From an uncultured delta proteobacterium (lineage in GTDB: Bacteria > Myxococcota_A > Polyangia > Polyangiales > Polyangiaceae), in the NCBI GenBank assembly GCA_963850305.1, contig CAWKKR010000007.1, positions 128,001 to 192,000 on the forward strand: DNA of 64,000 nt. Reading direction: 5' to 3'. The translations under genes were made by a program, and so were the position numbers. Below the pieces are notes generated by a model, which saw nothing but the letters and a program-made list of their open reading frames with translations, had not been told where the DNA came from and searched no databases. Positions 61,573 through 64,000 of this stretch are shown piece by piece; positions within the stretch are counted from its first letter, which is position 1, and each line of letters begins with the position of its first letter.

Positions 61573-62007
61573 GTCCGCGAGGCGCGTCACCACGCCCCGG
61601 GCCATGATCGCGAGGACGCGCTCGACGAGCTGCGTGCGGTCCTTTGCAGCGCCGCCGAACGCGAGGTGGCTCTTGGCAATGCGACCCCTGGGGAGCCAGC
61701 CCGTGGCGTTGCACTCGACGTGCAGCACCCCGCCCTCTTCGACCTCGTCGAACTCGTCGATGCGCAGCCTGAACTCGATGTGCGCGCCGCGCCCGGCGCC
61801 CCAATCGGCGAGCCTGGCTTCCTTGACGAGCATCGCGCGGAGGTACTTCTCTTCGCCCGCGGCAAGTGGCGCGGCCGACAGATCCAGCCGATCGAGCGTG
61901 ACGACGGGGTGTCCCTTCGGAGGCACTGCGAGCTTGCCGAATGCGGGTGCCCCGAGCGCCAACAAAGAGACGACGACGGCCGGAAAGATGCCGCTGCGCC
62001 GTTTCAT
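61546..62007 (-). CDS. Secreted hypothetical protein
   Basis: Signal peptide; TAGGGT 6 nt before the ATG. Confidence 0.65.
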   Translation of the reverse strand: MKRRSGIFPAVVVSLLALGAPAFGKLAVPPKGHPVVTLDRLDLSAAPLAAGEEKYLRAMLVKEARLADWGAGRGAHIEFRLRIDEFDEVEEGGVLHVECNATGWLPRGRIAKSHLAFGGAAKDRTQLVERVLAIMARGVVTRLADLERRRRGS

Positions 62008-62059
62008 GCCCGAACCCTAGGGGTGGCGCTTCGGCCGGGCAAGAAATTGGATCCCGAGA

Positions 62060-63787
62060 GTGGCGCTTGACGGCCAGGTTCGAGAGGGCGAAGTTGCGCT
62101 GGACGTCATGTCCGCCGATCTCGCCGTCGATCAGCCGGACGTCGACGTCGTCATCATCGGCGGCGGGGTCAACGGCACGGGCGTTGCGCGGGATTGCGCC
62201 CTTCGCGGCCTGAGAGTCGCGCTGTTCGAACGCAACGACATCGCGTTCGGCGCCAGCGGCAACTCGAGCGGCATGATCCACGGTGGGCCCCGTTATCTTT
62301 CGTACGATCCCGACGTCACCTACACGTCCTGCCTCGATTCCGGGCACATCCAGCGGATTGCGCCGCATCTGCTCTTCCGGATCCCGTTCCTCATGCCCGT
62401 CGAACGCCGCCTGGGGTCCAAGGTGACGCTCCTCGGGATGGATGCCTTCTTCGATCTTTACGACAAATACCAGCCGCTGAAACACGGCAAGCCTCACGTG
62501 CTTCTCGGCGGCGAGGACGTCCGGAAGCTCGAGCCCGGCATCGCAGGCGATATCGAGGGCGGTATCAGTTTCGACGAGTGGGGAATCGACGGAGCAAGGC
62601 TGTGCATCGGCAGCGCCGTGGACGCGCGCGAAAACGACGCGGAGGTCCGGACCCACTGCACCGTGTCCGAGATTCTCCGCCGCGAAAATGGGGCGGCGTA
62701 CGGCGTACGATTCCGCGATCGCATCACCGGCGAGACGGGGCAGCGCACGGGCAGGGTCGTGGTGAATGCCACGGGGGCCTGGGCGCCCATCACGACCGCG
62801 CTCGGCGCGGTGACGTCGCGCGCGGCTCGCGTGCGGCCCGGCAAAGGCATTCACGTCTTCTACGATCGCAGACTGACGAACTTTGCGATCGCCGCGAGGG
62901 CCATCGACGGCAGACAGGTATTCCTGGAGCCCTGGCAGAACATGAGCGTCATCGGGACGACCGACGACGACTATTATGGCGATCTCGACGACTGCGTCGC
63001 CACCGCAGACGAGGTCAATTACCTGGTCCAGGCCGTCGCGCGCGTCTTCCCGGCGATCTCGACGGCGCGCGCGATCGGGACCTGGGCGGGAGTGCGCCCC
63101 ACGCTTTACGAATGGGGACCGAACGAGGACGAGCTCTCCCGCGACCATCGGATCGTCGATCACGCCGCCGACGGTGCGGACGGCCTTTACTCGATGGTCG
63201 GAGGCAAGCTCGCGAGCTATCGCCTCTTCGCCGAGGAAATGACGGACGTGATCGCGCGGCGCCTCGGAAATGGGACGCCCGGGCGCACCCAGGTAGCGCC
63301 GCTACCCGGCGGAGACGTGCAGGTCGACCCGCTTGCGCTCGCGACGTCGTTTCGCGTCGATGCCATGGTCGCGGCGCGGCTCGAATATCGTCATGGTGGC
63401 CGCGCCGAGCGCGTGCTGGAGCGCGTGAAGCAAAACCCCCCCGAGGCGGCGATCGTGTGCCCGTGCGAGCCGGTGACCGAAGCGGAGATCCGTTACGTCG
63501 TCGAGAACGAGTGGGCGAGCTCGGTGGACGACGTGTCGCGAAGAACGCGGCTCGGCCTGGGCTCGTGCGGAGGCATGCGCTGCGCCGCCCGCTGTGGTGC
63601 CATCGTCGCCGAGATGACGGAGCGATCCCCGGAACACGGCCGGCGACTTGCGTTCGACTTTCTCGACACGGCTTCGCGTCGGAGGCAGGCGACGTTGAGC
63701 CCCGTGCAGGCTCGCCAGGAGGCTCTCCAGATTGCGACGGTTCGCTCCGCGCTCGGCGTCCGTCGAGAGCGCGAGGACAGAGAATGA
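62060..63787 (+). CDS. glpA: Glycerol-3-phosphate dehydrogenase, GlpA-like, with BFD-like [2Fe-2S] domain
   Basis: GGGVNG, SGMIHGGPRYL, IGTTD, GVRP, GGKL, CPCE...RRTRLGLGSCGG.RC. Confidence 0.92.
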   Translation: MALDGQVREGEVALDVMSADLAVDQPDVDVVIIGGGVNGTGVARDCALRGLRVALFERNDIAFGASGNSSGMIHGGPRYLSYDPDVTYTSCLDSGHIQRIAPHLLFRIPFLMPVERRLGSKVTLLGMDAFFDLYDKYQPLKHGKPHVLLGGEDVRKLEPGIAGDIEGGISFDEWGIDGARLCIGSAVDARENDAEVRTHCTVSEILRRENGAAYGVRFRDRITGETGQRTGRVVVNATGAWAPITTALGAVTSRAARVRPGKGIHVFYDRRLTNFAIAARAIDGRQVFLEPWQNMSVIGTTDDDYYGDLDDCVATADEVNYLVQAVARVFPAISTARAIGTWAGVRPTLYEWGPNEDELSRDHRIVDHAADGADGLYSMVGGKLASYRLFAEEMTDVIARRLGNGTPGRTQVAPLPGGDVQVDPLALATSFRVDAMVAARLEYRHGGRAERVLERVKQNPPEAAIVCPCEPVTEAEIRYVVENEWASSVDDVSRRTRLGLGSCGGMRCAARCGAIVAEMTERSPEHGRRLAFDFLDTASRRRQATLSPVQARQEALQIATVRSALGVRREREDRE

Positions 63788-64000
63788 GGGTCGCCGTCAT
63801 CGGAGGGGGCGTCGCGGGGACCGCCGCGGCCTGGGCGGCTCGTCGGGCCGGCGCGGACGTCACGGTATCCATCGATCGCGCCGGCGCGACGTCCCTCTAC
63901 TCGGGTGCGCTGGATGTCGAGCCGTGGGCAGAGGAGAGTCGTGATCAGCCCCTGGAATCCGACTTGCTCGCGTTCGCGACGGCACTCGAAGCGTGGTCGG
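63784..64000 (+). CDS. glpB: 5' part of an FAD-binding subunit, GlpB-like (runs off the window end)
   Basis: MRVAVIGGGVAG...GATSLYSGALD; ATGA overlap with glpA. Confidence 0.7.
   Translation, partial: MRVAVIGGGVAGTAAAWAARRAGADVTVSIDRAGATSLYSGALDVEPWAEESRDQPLESDLLAFATALEAWS

Noticed and set aside
1..64000. Numerous long Arg/Pro-rich antisense and alternate-frame ORFs
   Set aside because: Expected shadows of real genes in high-GC DNA; no recognisable motifs.

Overview
GC-rich bacterial chromosomal segment. The gene content (a MYXO-CTERM protein, many Cys-rich lipoproteins, Ser/Thr kinase, PP2C, Uma2 nucleases) points by inference to Myxococcota, most likely Polyangiaceae/Sorangiineae. Most of it is ordinary housekeeping and accessory genes: SRAP, GH63 glucosidase, msrBA, tmRNA (tag ANDNAIALAA), an ndh operon, TonB receptor plus TonB, thiolase, panE, an orphan pntA, vapBC, Omp85, a kinase, two radical SAM genes, narK, PP2C, purE, pgpA, a PAS histidine kinase and glpA-glpB. 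No integrase, transposase, CRISPR array, rRNA or tRNA was found. Less ordinary signals: (1) a ~12 kb zone (17.4-29.6 kb) full of deletion-fused gene fragments; (2) a 35-unit higher-order 21-bp repeat array abutting a NikR-box-like site upstream of a TonB-dependent receptor; (3) an unannotated 20-aa Leu-rich uORF followed by a GNRA terminator-like hairpin ahead of the thiolase; (4) a 121-nt rod-like structured intergenic element; (5) a B12-radical SAM gene split by a single in-frame TAG; (6) a sigma54 promoter with repeated enhancer boxes upstream of narK; (7) pervasive leaderless-type promoters. No single complete novel system can be proven from sequence alone. All product calls come from motif recognition, not database searches.
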